Shown here piece after piece: positions 12,528-25,400 of a stretch of 64,000 nucleotides of DNA. The number at the start of each line of letters is the position of its first letter. The stretch's first letter is position 1. The DNA comes from Octopus vulgaris (Eukaryota), in contig OX597819.1 in the NCBI GenBank assembly GCA_951406725.2, positions 38,936,001 through 39,000,000 on the forward strand. The letters run 5' to 3'. Made by a program: the position numbers and the translations under genes. The notes under the pieces were generated by a model. That model was not told where the DNA came from. It searched no databases and saw only the letters and a list, made by a program, of their open reading frames with translations.

Positions 12528-12750
12528 TTAACCCTTTCATTACCAACCTGGCTGAAACCAGCTCTGGCTCTGAGTACAAATGTCTTATTTTCATAAGTTT
12601 TGGATTAAAATCTTCCACCAAACCTTAGTCACAATTTATGTTCCTAACACTAGCTTAATGATAACTAAGTTATTTTACTAAATTCTTTGTTATATTTAAA
12701 GTAACTGAAAGAAATGCAGAGCATCTCAAAATAATTGCAGTAATGAAAGG
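12528..12750 (+). mobile_element. piggyBac-like TTAA MITE (right TTAA lost)
   Basis: TTAA-CCCTTTCATTAC ... GTAATGAAAGG; body matches the copies at 14167 and 36053. Confidence 0.8.
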
Positions 12751-12828
12751 TGCTAGAAAGAAGACAGAGCCAACATGCATGTTTTAGTTAGTGGAACATG
12801 CTGGATTACTAGCTTCAAGGATTTAGTC

Positions 12829-12975
12829 CAGTTGTTCTCAACAAAGGTCCATATGACCCCTGAGGGTCCATATAAAATTTTGGAGGGTCCATGCAAGAAA
12901 ATAGTAAATTGGGGATCCACAATATTATTTTAGAGGCTTCTGAAAAAATTCTGCTATTGATGTATGTATTGGCAC
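12829..12975 (+). mobile_element. hAT/Charlie-like MITE, left end only
   Basis: Begins CAGTTGTTCTCAAC with GGGTCCAT subrepeats; no matching right TIR seen. Confidence 0.5.
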
Positions 12976-13194
12976 ACATTGCAATAAACAGCTTGGTTTT
13001 TTTTTCTCAAACACAGATGCACAGATACTTAAACAAGCCACCATGCAGACACATACACACACGCATAAATTTATTATTACATTAAAATAGATTGACACAA
13101 TTACTAAAAAGTGCCATGCAGTAGGACTGAACCTGAAACCATGTGGTTGCACAGCAAACTTATTAGCTACTTAGACACATCTGTACCTGCATTT

Positions 13195-13393
13195 ATATGT
13201 GTATGTGTGTGTATAAATACATATATGTATGTATGTATGTATGTATGTGTGTGTGTGTGTGTGTGTATGTGTGTGTGTGTGTGATATATATACACACATA
13301 TATACACATATATATACATATATATACATATATATATAATCTATATATATATATATGTATATATATGTGTATGTATGTATTTATATGCATATA

Positions 13394-13472
<79 letters not shown>

Positions 13473-13579
13473 GCCCAAAACTGCATATATTACGTAAATT
13501 TGCAAATGGAGACAGTATGGAAACATGTGTGACTTATAATTAAAGATGTGTTAAAGAATTTTCTTTGTTTTCTTCTTTC

Positions 13580-13642
<63 letters not shown>

Positions 13643-13660
13643 TACATACATATATATATT
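13195..13660. repeat. (TG)n/(TA)n/(GA)n microsatellite cluster
   Basis: Direct reading. Confidence 0.95.
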
Positions 13661-14166
13661 AGCAGTAATACCTGTTGCTGACCGAGTATTTACTTTTACT
13701 CTTTCTCAGGAACCATATTCAAAGTATTATTATATATATATATAATGGACTCCTCCTGTATGTGTGTATTTTATAAGAGAAAAACATGTAATAACTGAAG
13801 TAGAAAAAAGATCAATTTCATACACGAATTTCTGTAAGGCTTGTTTGACAATAATGAGTTGTATGTGTTATTTTATTAATCAATACCCTAATGGCAATTA
13901 TATAATACACTTCATTTAAATAGGTAATTTACTCATTCTTCACTGTAATGATAGTAATGGCAAATTAAGTTATTGAAATATTCATGTTGCATTAAGAGTG
14001 AATATTTCTTTATAAGCAATGTTTTTTTGTTTTATTTCAGAGTGTATAAACAAAAGATTTTGCTTTTGCTCCTACACTTGATGCTCCTATATAAAGTTGA
14101 CCATGTGAAAAGCATGGTTCTTCAAGATGCAATCCAGCAACTTTTAGAGTTTGACCCTGAGTTTTA

Positions 14167-14394
14167 TTAACCCTTTTGTTACTGTATTTATTTTGAGATG
14201 CTCTGTGTTTATTTCAGTTACTTTAAATATAACAAAGAATTTAGTAAAATAACTTAGCTATCATTAAGCTAGTCTTAGGAACATAAAATATGACTAAGGT
14301 TTGGGGGAAAATTTTAATTCAAAACTTATGATAACAAGACATTTGTACTCAGAGCCAGAGCTAGTTTCAGCGGGGTTGGTAACAAAAGGGTTAA
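14167..14394 (-). mobile_element. piggyBac-like MITE with TTAA target duplication, inserted in the Helitron helicase
   Basis: TTAA|CCCTTTTGTTAC ... GTAACAAAAGGG|TTAA, a perfect 12-bp TIR. Confidence 0.92.
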
Positions 14395-14988
14395 TGCTCA
14401 TGGCAAAAGAAACTCAGACAAGAAACTGTAACCGCTTAAATTGGAATGGGACATTAGATGGTATAACTGGTATGCAAGGAATGAAGACAGTCTCACCTTT
14501 ACTACAACCAGTGACAATATTTGCCTCAGTGCAGTTCCTCATAAGTCTGTGCACAATTAGTGTTGTACCATTGCATAATTTTGGTTGAGACAAATTACAC
14601 TATAGCATAATAGAAGTCCTTTTTTTTCAGCTGAAGGCAATAAAGAGCTGTACCTGGTGGTTCTAGTGAGTTCAAAAATTTGGTGGGGTAGTTAAGACTA
14701 TCCTGATCATCAAGTTTATTCAGTAGCATATTATAAATGCTATTTACAACATTTTTTGAAGCTAGGATAGCTCACTCACAGACCCAATCTGTATTGTTGT
14801 AATTATGAAGAAGTTTTGGTAAGATTTCAGTCACCAAATCATTGATGGAATCAGCTGGATTACATATTGGACTGAGTGTAAGAAACCGTTCTTTATCAAC
14901 TGCAACCTTCACCGAGTTTCAAAAGCTGCTCTGCAAATAGTTCAGCTGATTGATCTCTTGAAAGTCTCAACCTCATATTTGTCAAAAG

Positions 14989-15390
14989 GGATCTTTTCGG
15001 TTTGAATGGCAGTTTTTTCTAGCGGTGTCATATGAAATTGTCACCCATAATTATGACCCTAGTATCAATCTATTGCATTTCAATATGTTTTAGGGTTAGG
15101 GGTGGGGGGAAGGGCATCTTTTTTCTTCACAATGTGAATAAACCCAATCTGTTTTTTAAACGAGGGACATATTCATATGGTATAGAATGTTTTTTTTACC
15201 TCAATAGACGTCAGTGATTGGTTGAAATTGCAGAAATTGAAGAAAAAAACAACAAATATCTTACAAACTATAGAATTTTCTCAATAAAGCCAAGAGAAAA
15301 AGATGTTTTTACAAACACATTCTACCAGTATACAAAGTTTAGAATTTTTTAGAATTATGTTAAAAACTGTCATTCAAACCGAAAAGAGCC
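14989..15390. mobile_element. Merlin-like MITE (GG...CC termini, 8-bp TSD)
   Basis: TIRs GGATCTTTTCGGTTTGAATGGCAGTTTT / AAAACTGTCATTCAAACCGAAAAGAGCC; flanks GTCAAAAG / GTTGAAAG match at 6 of 8 positions. Confidence 0.75.
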
Positions 15391-15880
15391 GTTGAAAGTT
15401 TTCATAACATTGATCAGGTAGAAGCTCGGGAAGATTATCATTTATGCACATGGTCAGTTCCTCCATATCATAGGAAATTTACCCCATTATTTCAGTGGAC
15501 AGACTGTTAAGATCCCCACAATTTGTTAGTGGAAGACCTAAATTTTCTATAAGTTCACCACCCATCGAAATGATTTCATCTCCTATTTCAATCAAAGCTG
15601 CATTATATATAGCATCAGTGAAACCATATCTTGCTCAGGATTACTCAACTGAACTTGGTGCTTGAAATCTTCAGCAAGATCATTTCTGAACTTATTCCAC
15701 AGGATTACATACTTCAGAATTTTTGAGAATAAGAGCAAAAAGACCGATTAAAAAAAAGCTTTGGTGTTTTTGATATTGAAGCTTCTTCCAGTGTTGCTTC
15801 CCCTGAACCAGAGTGACACTACTACAGACTTGCTGTCATAACTTTCATTTTGCTGGACACAAAGAAATAGACACAATTTC

Positions 15881-15927
<47 letters not shown>

Positions 15928-16074
15928 GCATATATATATATATATGCTGCTGAGACCCCCTTCGGTCATGAGTTTCCATGGGATTGCACTATACATATAT
16001 ACATATATATATATCAACCCATGCTAGCATGGAAAACGGATGTTAAACGATGATGATGATGATGATGATGATGA

Positions 16075-16115
<41 letters not shown>

Positions 16116-16275
16116 CGGTGGCTTCTTTCAGTTTCTGTCCACCAAATCCACTCACAAGGCTTTGGTCAGCCTGAGGTTATATTAGAAGACACTTGCCTAA
16201 GGTGTCATGCAGCAGGACTGAACCCAGAACTATGTGGTTGGCAAGCAAGCTTCTTACTACACAATCACACCTGCA

Positions 16276-16318
<43 letters not shown>

Positions 16319-16326
16319 ATACATAC

Positions 16327-16362
<36 letters not shown>

Positions 16363-16482
16363 TACATATATATATATACATACATTGGAGTCTGCTTCGC
16401 TAGACCTCAGTCAAATTGTCCAACCCATGCTAGCATGGAAAGCAGATGTTAAACGATGATGATGATGATGATACATTATATA

Positions 16483-16703
16483 TATTTCTTTACTTCCCAC
16501 AAGGGGCTAAACACAGAGGGGACAAACAAAGACACAAACGGATTAAATCAATTACATCGACCCCAGGGCGTAACTGGTACTTAATTTATCGACCCCAAAA
16601 GGATGAAAGGCAAAGTCGACCTTGGCGGAATTTGAACCCAGAATGTAACAGCAGACGAAATACGGCTACGCATTTCGCCCGGTGTGCTAATGTTTCTGCC
16701 AGC
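16483..16703 (-). mobile_element. Family B SINE (tRNA-like head, GCCTTTCATCCTTTCGGGGTCGA Meta/MESC-like domain)
   Basis: Other copies: 18238-18472 (+), 24712-24930 (-), 29199-29412 (+), 33914-34122 (-), 34136-34352 (-), 37024-37290 (-), 37503-37720 (+), 44571-44790 (+), 44828-45035 (-), 48768-48982 (+), 60493-60709 (-), 63552-63690 (-). Confidence 0.85.
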
Positions 16704-19580
16704 TACATACATAATATATACATATATACATACATAATATATGCACACACACAAACACAAACACATATATATATAACATGCATATACATATATTTTGATA
16801 GAAGCTAGAATGATAACACCCTCAGTCTTTTGATGTGAATATCTCATGAAGTGTATGATGTATGGCATAAATTTTTAAAATGTCATTATTAAAAGATGAA
16901 AGAATATTCATTTTTCTAAATATGGCTCAATATAACAAATGAATAACACAAGTCCAAAGGATGTGGAAACAGAAATAAATCAGAGCCCTTTATGCTGTGT
17001 CACAATTTGTAAAATTTTCAAATGATTTAAAACTACAGGCTCACTTGAAGACAACCCCCAACGCACTTGGTTGTAAAGTAAATTTTTCATATATTCCAAC
17101 CACTGTGAAGCTGTGTATGTGTACGTACATACGTGTGTGTATATAAACAAAGACAGACACAGAGGCAGACACACACATCATCATCTGTGGATCATACATC
17201 TGAAGAAGAAGCACACTCTAAAATATGGAGTAGTAAAGTATTTGTTTGTTCCTTCTCGAGCCACGCCTGGCTCATAAGGGCCGGTTTCTCGGTTTCCTCA
17301 GCGTATAGGTTCCCCACCTGGATGGGACGCTGGTCCCTTGCAAGTGAGCTGCTAGATGCAGGAGGAAAGAGTGAGAGAAAGTTGTGGTGAAAGTGTTAGA
17401 AGAAGTTCGCCATTACCTTCTGCTGGAGCTGCGTGGAGTTTAGGTGTTTCACTCATAAACACACACATCGCCCAGTCTGAGATTTGAACCCGCCATCCCT
17501 CGATGGCGAGTCTGCTGCTCTAACCACTAGGCCATATATATATATATATATATATCCCTCTCTCTCTTTCGGAGAGGCACTGAGCACCTACACGCACACA
17601 TACACACACGGCAGTAACTTCCGCCTACCGAATTCAATCACAAAGCTCCAGTCGACTCGGGGTTACAGCAGAAGACACCTGCCCAAAGTGCCATGCAGTG
17701 GGACTGAACCCAAAACCATGTAGTTAGGAAGCAAGCTCCCTAACCACACAGCCATATACATATACATATATATATTATAAATATGTATATGTATGTATAT
17801 ATCATCATCATCATGATATATACATACATATACATATTTATAATATCATGTATACGTGTATATATATATAACATCATCATTATCATCATCTGAGAACCAT
17901 ATTCCATGCTTGCATGGACTGGATGGTTTGACAGGAATTGATGTGTCCAAAGACTGCATCAAGCTCCAGTGTCTGCGTTGCCATCGTTATTATGGCTGGC
18001 TGGCAGCACTTCCTAATACCAACCACTTTACAGTGTGGACTGAGTGCTATTCTCATACCACCTGCACTATTGAGGTTGTCATGCAGTGAGCACCAGGACA
18101 AGCCCTAGGGTAGGTGGGGTGGGATAGTCAGTTTCATGCTAGGGAATGAGATATCTATGAAAGGGTGTACAAAACAGGTTCCTGTAGAGGAATTGGTGAA
18201 AATTTTCTTTAAGCTTTTTACAATATTCAGTTATAGTAAGGCGACGAGCTGGCAGAAACATTAGCACGCGGGGCGAAATGCTGAGCGGTATTTCATCTGC
18301 CGTTACGTTCTGTGTTCAAATTCCGCCGAGGTCGACTTTGCCTTTCATCCTTTCGGGGTTGATTAAATAAGTACCAGTTACACACTGGGGTCGATATAAT
18401 AGACTTAATCCATTTGTCTGTCCTTGTTTGTCCCCTCTATGTTTAGCCCCTTGGGGGTAATAAAGAAATAGGTTCCTGTAGAGGAAACTGCATGACCACT
18501 CACACTTAGTATACACACAACACACACATGTATGTGTGTGAGTGTGTTAATATAAGTTTGTTTTTAAAGTATAAAAACAACTTACATTAACCGAACAAAG
18601 CATTCAACACAAAATATAAGAGTTGACCATTACTTTGAAGATACATTAACATTGCATTAACAGACAAATAACAATATATTTAGTGCAAGGAAGAAGACAA
18701 GAATTTCGGAAAGAGTTTCAGTACATTAGTTTCATGTCAGTAGGTGTCAAGTTTGTTTGTGATTAGTAAATCACTCAATAAATTTGTGTATATAGTGACA
18801 GAGTGGTCACTGAAAATATGAAATGAAGAGAGAAAATTATATCTGAAAACATAGAGCGATATTATAAGATGGCTGTGTTGAAATGTCATAACATTCTGTG
18901 ATCTCAAAAAGATTTTAGAAAATATCTTGAAAAACTGACAGATAAACAGTAAAGAAAGAAATAAAAATACAAAAATATTTAAAAAACCCAACACATTTTA
19001 AACAATGTGGTATGATTTGTGAATCTTCTATCACTTTCTCCAATCACTCGTATTAATCATTTATGACGAATTATTTCACCTTTCCACAAATTTCTTTGTT
19101 TTCCTTGCTGAAACCATTAACGTTGGTGTTGGAATATCAATGTCTACTTTTCAATGCTTGCATGGGTCACACGAAATTTTTGGAGGCAGAATTTTTGTAG
19201 CTGGATACTCCCACCTGTTTCCAAGCAAGTTAATATTTCTCCACTGTCGGGACATATTTCCACACAAAATTACAAACAAATATCACTGCTTGATGGTTAG
19301 GTATATGATGTCGAGAAAAAAGAGATGTGCACACATAACAATCTTCCTCTCCCCCACTCCCTCTCTCTCTCTTTCACACACACACACTGAAACAGAAACA
19401 CATATATCTCTAATTTTTTACCTGTTTCAGTCACTGGATTGCAGCTATGCTGGAACAATGCCTTGAAGTGTTCAGTTGAATAAATCAACACCAGTACACA
19501 TTATTTTTAAGTCTACTACTTCTATCAGACACTTTTGCCAAAGCACTAAGTCATGTCAATGCAAACAAGCCAACACCATT

Positions 19581-19901
19581 ATTTACATTATTTGCAATTG
19601 ATGGATATTTGTCCTCATCTTGTTTGTCGTTAACACAACGTTTCAGCTGATACACCCTCCAGCCTTTGTCAGATGTCTTGGGGGAAATTTCGAAACTGGG
19701 TTCTCATTCCTAACAAATAACTAATTCGCCAACTTTTGAAACCTGGAATGAGAACCCATGTTCAAAATTTCCCCAAGACACCCGACGAAGGCTGGAGGGT
19801 GTATGAGCCAAAACATTGTGTTAACAACAAACAAGATGAGGACAAATATCCGTCAATTGTAAATAATGTACATAATTCCTCATCTCTTAAATATAGAACT
19901 G
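19581..19901. mobile_element. Inverted pair of Penelope-like terminal repeats inserted into a family A SINE
   Basis: Arms 19584-19710 and 19745-19870, each with a decayed hammerhead core; the host SINE resumes after the insert with a duplicated AA(G/A)CCAACAC. Confidence 0.75.
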
Positions 19902-20435
19902 GTAAACCAACACTAGTTGTCAAATAGTGGTTGAGACAAACACAAAGACACACACACACACATACATATTTTATTAATATTTAGCAAAAGCAACAGAGTG
20001 ACTCAAGAGTTGAGAGCTTCATGCATTGGCACTTATGAAGCTTTAATAAATGCCAATGCATGAAACTCTCAGCCCTTGGATCACTTTGTTGCTTCTGCTA
20101 AATATCAATAAGAAGTTACATACACTCATATTTTGCATCACCAAAAACTCATATATACATACATATACATATATACTAGCTGGTGTACTGGTAATTCATA
20201 GGGGTAAAGATGTTCTATTGAAATGCCTTATTAGTCTGATATAAGAAAGAAATTTCCTTATAACTGCCACAAAAGGTGTATTTTCCATCACGAAAACATA
20301 CAAAAACTGTCAACTGGAGGAGGGAGAGATCGTTGGTGGTTGGCAAGAGAGGCTTTCGGATGTTGGTGAAAAAGATTGTCGGAGGTTGGCAAGAGAGGTC
20401 ATCGGAAGTTGTCTAGAGAGGTTGTCGAAAGAGGT

Positions 20436-20469
20436 TTGTGTGTGTGTGTGTGTATGCATGTGTGTATGC

Positions 20470-20518
<49 letters not shown>

Positions 20519-20555
20519 CATACATACATACATGCATACATACATACATACATAT

Positions 20556-20618
<63 letters not shown>

Positions 20619-20725
20619 TACATACATACATATATACATACATACATATATACATACATACATACATATATACATACATACATATATACATACATACATA
20701 TATATATACATACATACATATATAT

Positions 20726-20758
<33 letters not shown>

Positions 20759-20810
20759 CATACATATATATACATCCATATATATATATACATACATCCA
20801 TATATATACA

Positions 20811-20842
<32 letters not shown>

Positions 20843-20857
20843 CATACATACATATAC

Positions 20858-20890
<33 letters not shown>

Positions 20891-20897
20891 CATACAT
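20436..20897. repeat. ~460-bp (ATAC)n/(AT)n microsatellite
   Basis: Direct reading; explains the stack of overlapping YIHT/MYVC ORFs. Confidence 0.97.
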
Positions 20898-21298
20898 TCA
20901 TTGTGACTATAACAAGGAGTAATCATCAGTTTGTTGTCTTCTGGCAGATTTTTGGTTACCAAGGAACATTGGGTTCAACAGGAACCCAGAAGGCGAATAG
21001 CACAACTAACAGAATGAAGAAAATATGGAGAGGGTGGAGGCAAGAGGAGAAAGGTTAGTGGTGGTTGCATTAGTGGCAGTGTTGGTGTTGGGGGAAGGTG
21101 GGGTTGGTAGTAGTAGTGGTGGTGGTGGTAGTGGTAGATGGATGATAGAAAGAAAAGATAAAACAAAAGAAAATGTCAACAGCTATTTTTTCTTTAATGT
21201 GGGCATGTGTATGTGTGTGTATCTGTCTGCTTGGTGTGTATGTGGTGTATATCCGTATGTGTTTGTATATCTGTATACATTACAGATTGTATACATTA

Positions 21299-21701
21299 CA
21301 GGCGTACGAGTGGCTGTGTGGTAAGTAGCTTGCTTACCAACCACATGGTTCCGGGTTCAGTCCCACTGCGTGGCACCTTGGGTAAGTGTCTTCTACTATA
21401 GCCTCGGGCCGACCAAAGCCTTGTGGGTGGATTTGGTAGATGGAAACTGAAAGAAGCCCATCGTATATTATATATATATATATATGTGCATGTTTGTGTG
21501 TCTGTGTTTGTCCCCCCCAACATCGCTTGACAACCGATGCTGGTGTATTTACGTCGCCGTCACTTAGCGGTTCGGCAAAAGAGACTGATAGAATAAGTAC
21601 TAGGCTTACAAAGAATAAGTTCTGGAGTCGATTTGCTCGACTAAAGGCAGTGCTCCAGCATGGCTGCAGTCAAATGACTGAAACAAGTAAAAGAGTAAAG
21701 T
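21299..21701 (+). mobile_element. Family A SINE, full length (tRNA head, CORE-like box, internal TA/TG repeat, AAAAGAGT tail)
   Basis: A box TGGCTGTGTGG, B box GGTTCAGTCCC. Other full copies: 26800-27200 (-), 31518-31915 (-), 36571-36963 (+), 39621-40017 (-), 40205-40690 (+), 53847-54273 (+), 61255-61660 (-); many fragments. Confidence 0.9.
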
Positions 21702-22949
21702 TATTTTTTCTTTAATGTGGGCATGTGTATGTGTGTGTTTAATGTGGGCATGTGTATGTGTGTGTATCTGTCTGCTTGGTGTGTATGTGGTGTATATCCA
21801 TATGTGTTTGAAAATCTGTATACATTACATGTGTGTATATGTATGCATATGTGTGTATGTATATGTACATATGTGCATCTGTGAATGTTTTGTATATGTA
21901 CGTGCATGTGTTGTGTGCATATCCATATATGCATACGTGCAACTTAAAGATTAATCACAAATGAAAATAAAACTAAGAAATCCTTTAAAAAAAAACAAGT
22001 GAGGGGAGTTAAAGACGTCTAATTTCTAAAAGAAAAAAATGAAATACAATTAAAATGAGCAATTGATGAACTGGAGTGGAGGGGCATTTATATATTAGGA
22101 GAGTATATGAACTGTAAAGTATAAAAAGAGAGAGAGAGATAGAGACAGAGACAGATAGACAGGAACATACACACAGAGTGAAGGAGTGGAAAGGTGTTAT
22201 CAGTAAGATGTGTTGTGTAAAACATGTAGACAGAAGTGAAGTGATAGGAAGTTGAATGGAAGTAGTAGAGGTGGAGAGGGTGAAGGTAAGAGGAGGTGTG
22301 TTTTATTATTTAAGTTTAAAAGAAACATCCATTAACCATCATCTCCACCATCGCCATTGCCACCACCACATCCCCCATTGCCATCAATACCATTACTGCT
22401 GCCACTACCCCCCACCCCGGACTGATAAAGACAGACAGAGAAATGTAAGACAGAGAGAGAGAGAAGGAGAGAAAGGGAGAGAGGATTGGTATATGAATGA
22501 ATGAATGAATGAATAAAAGAAAGAACAAAAAAAAAAAGAAAGAAAGAAAAGAAGAAAGAAAGTAAAAGATAAAAAATAATAACCAAGAAAGTAAAAAAAT
22601 AATGAAGGAAAAAAGAAAATGTAAGGAAGAAACAAGAAAGAAAAAAGAATGAAAAAATGATGAAAGTGACAGATGTGAAGACAAGAAGACACCAAGAAAC
22701 AGAGATAGACAGACAGACAGACACACAAACACACACAAAAGCGGGGCTGGTGGGCAAGTAGATAGGCAGGCAGACAGAGACAAGCCAGGTGAGAAGTAAA
22801 GGGAGACTCCTGAACAGATGAGATTAGTTAAGCCAGATTGGGGGACACAAGAATAATAGAGGAAAATTAAATTGTAACATAAAATGATTAGGAATCAGGG
22901 TTCCATGGAGATGAAAATAGGGAGGTCTAATGAAGACGAAGAAAGAGGT

Positions 22950-22989
<40 letters not shown>

Positions 22990-22991
22990 TT

Positions 22992-23360
22992 TAGTGGGGG
23001 AGCATCATAGCCATGTGTTGAGAGGGATTCTTTGGGGTTTGAATAATTCACCTCTGGAAATATGGGTGTTTTGTTCAACATCCTTAAACAACCCTTATTC
23101 AGGGACCTTTTGAGTGGGATGGGTTACTTGACCAGAAGAAAATTCTAACTGGGCCCCATCTGCAAGGTCATGTGCTGTTTATCTTGATATGAGATCACCA
23201 TGTCATGTACATATGGTTGTGATGCATGTGCCTAGTGTACCCTAATCAGACAGGTAGTTATGATGGGTATACTGGGCTTCTTATATTTTACCCCAGTGTC
23301 ACTTTGATGGCATGCACTGCTCTCTCACTCAATAATAATAATAATAATGATAATAATGAT
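22992..23360 (+). mobile_element. Non-coding retroposed repeat ending in (AAT)n, preceded by (TAA)n
   Basis: A second copy at ~25440-25868 resumes at 26181 (CTCACTCAATAATAAT) after a nested family C insertion. Confidence 0.75.
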
Positions 23361-23590
23361 AGTGCGTTGGGAACAGTAAGCCAAGATATAGACAAATGGC
23401 TGAAAATTGAAATAGAATGCCCAGTAGAGCTCCTACAGAAAGTTTGTCTCTTGGGGTCAGCAAGGATTATCAGGAGGGTTCTAAGCACTTGAAAGACTGC
23501 TGAAAACTTGTGGATATCTAAGGTTACAGGTCGTAACTCGTTATCCACATAATTCCTATCAGGAATAAGACCAAACCTGAGCCAAACCAA
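23358..23590 (+). mobile_element. R4/Dong-clade 3' fragment 1
   Basis: SALGTVSQDIDKWL...VELLQKVCLLGSARIIRRVL* matches the RLE C-terminus. Confidence 0.85.
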
Positions 23591-23594
23591 AAAT

Positions 23595-23985
23595 GATAAT
23601 TATCTGGAAAAGATGGAAAATACAGACTACTAAAATTCAAAATTGCAAGAATATGGGCTATGAAGAGAGTAACTGTTCGCCCTGTAGTTGTAGGGACATG
23701 TGGATCACTAACAACCAATTCATGAAATATGTCAGAGAAATTGGAATTGACCATGTGGGCAGAGAAGGTCCCAAAAAATGCTCTATACAGGACAGCTATA
23801 ATTTTGCTTAGATGTTGCATGTCTTCCAAGATAAGTTAACATCCAAGTACCAAAGCTTATAATTTGTGGAAAGAGACCCCTGTGAGACTTCTGACAACAA
23901 GATGCTGTCTGCTCTCACAGAATCTACCAGATCAAGTAAGACCAGGAGCTCTGAGAAGTAAAATAATAACAACAACAGCAATAAT
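23595..23985 (+). mobile_element. R4/Dong-clade 3' fragment 2 (different family)
   Basis: KYRLLKFKIARIWAMKRVTVRPVVVGTCG...ALYRTAIIL; ends in AATAATAACAAC. Confidence 0.75.
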
Positions 23986-24429
23986 AATGGCTTCAACTTT
24001 TGGCACAAGGCCAGCAATTTCAGGTAAGGGAGTTAGTTGATTACATTTATCCACCTTTTAACAAAATTGCTGGGAGGCAACACTTCCCTCTCTACTCTCA
24101 CATTCCTTTTTACTATATGTACAAGGCCTGAAACTTTGTGGGAGCAGATTAGTCAATTACATCAGCCATAGTGCTCTCAATGGAATTTAAACTCAGAATT
24201 TAAAGACTTGTAAGAAATACCACTAAACAATTTGTCTGATTTGTTAAAGATTCTGCTTCAAATTTTGGCACAAAGCTAGCAATTTTATGGGAGGGAAGAA
24301 GATGAGCAATAGCATTGATCCCAGTGCTTAGCTGGTAGATATTTTATTAACCCCAAAAGGATGTTGACCTTGGTGGTATTTGAACTCAGAATGTAATAGA
24401 ACACTAATAATAACAATAATAATACTAAT

Positions 24430-24712
24430 TATAAAAAATGGCAGAAATTCAAAAGATAGTGCTCATGGGAACTGCTCATATCCTACGCAAAATACTTTCT
24501 ATGTAATCTCAAGTTTTAAAACAAACATAATTTTCGTATGGTTTTTTTAGACATTCACTTGTACAACATTAAATAGAAAACCAAATATATGGCACACTAG
24601 GCATAACAACAACATGAACTTCCAACCTGTTGTCTCTTGAGGTCTCTGGGTGAGACTTGGAGCCAACTTGTACAAATGTAAAGCAAAAGTCAAACAGAAT
24701 AATAATAATAAT
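24430..24712 (+). mobile_element. R4/Dong-clade 3' fragment 3
   Basis: MAEIQKIVLMGTAHILRKILSM*, then a 3' UTR; (TAA)n on both sides. Confidence 0.85.
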
Positions 24713-25287
24713 CTTTTCTACTATAGGCACAAGGCCTGAAATTTGGTGGAGGGGGATAGTCGATTATATTGACTCAGTACTCAACTGGTACTTATTCTAT
24801 CGACTCCAAAACTCCAAAAGGATGAAAGGCAAGTCAACCACAATGGAATTTGAACTCAGAATGTAGATGAATGAAACACCACTAAGCATTTTGCCCGATG
24901 CACTAACAATTCTGTCAGCTCACTGCCCTAATCATCATCATCATTGTTTAACGTCCGTTTTCCATGCTAGCATGGGTTGGACGGTTTGACTGAGCACAAA
25001 CTCCAATCTGATCTGGCAAAGTTTCTACAGCTGGATGCCCTTCCTAACGCCAACCACTCTGAGAGTGTAGTGGGTGCTTTTTACGTACCACCGGCATGAG
25101 AGCTAGTCAATGGGGTATGATATTGGTTTTATTTGACTCAACAGGTCTTCTCAAGCATATCATATCGCCCAACACATCAGGGGTACTCTTAACTGGGCTG
25201 GACATGCATGGCTGCGATCTCACTTTAGTTGCCAGGTCTTCTCTATCACAGCATATTCCCAAAGGTCTCGGTCTCCTGTCACTGGCT

Positions 25288-25400
25288 AATAATAATAAAT
25301 CAGGGACAACATCAGGATGGGCCACTTACAGAAAACAACACTTCTCAGAACTGCTAGAATACTTAGAAAAATGCTTTTGATCTTAACTGATTGGAAGTGT
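25288..25400 (+). mobile_element. R4/Dong-clade 3' fragment 4
   Basis: After TAATAATAA: GHLQKTTLLRTARILRKML. Confidence 0.7.

Larger units (their letters stand above)
14030..15830 (-). pseudogene. Helitron RepHel relic: Rep-helicase linker plus PIF1 helicase C-terminus, with an internal deletion and two nested MITEs
   Basis: Manual minus-strand translation gives TLEEASISKTPK, LFALILKN, WNKFRNDLAEDF, STNMRLRLS, FAEQLLKLGEG, FLNSLEPPG, PKLCNGT, FQFKRLQF and SFAMSINKTQGQTLKVAGLHLEEPCFSHGQLYIG, with stops and frameshifts. Confidence 0.92.

Noticed and set aside
13973-14588. Plus-strand ORFs and an apparent splice acceptor at ~14040
   Set aside because: They are antisense to the Helitron helicase relic and run across a MITE.
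16900-17090. Possible Tc1/mariner HTH remnant (FKTTGSLEDNP)
   Set aside because: A single short motif, no TIRs found.
22256-22783. His-rich and Phe/Leu-rich ORFs
   Set aside because: Low-complexity CAC/CAT and GAAA tracts.
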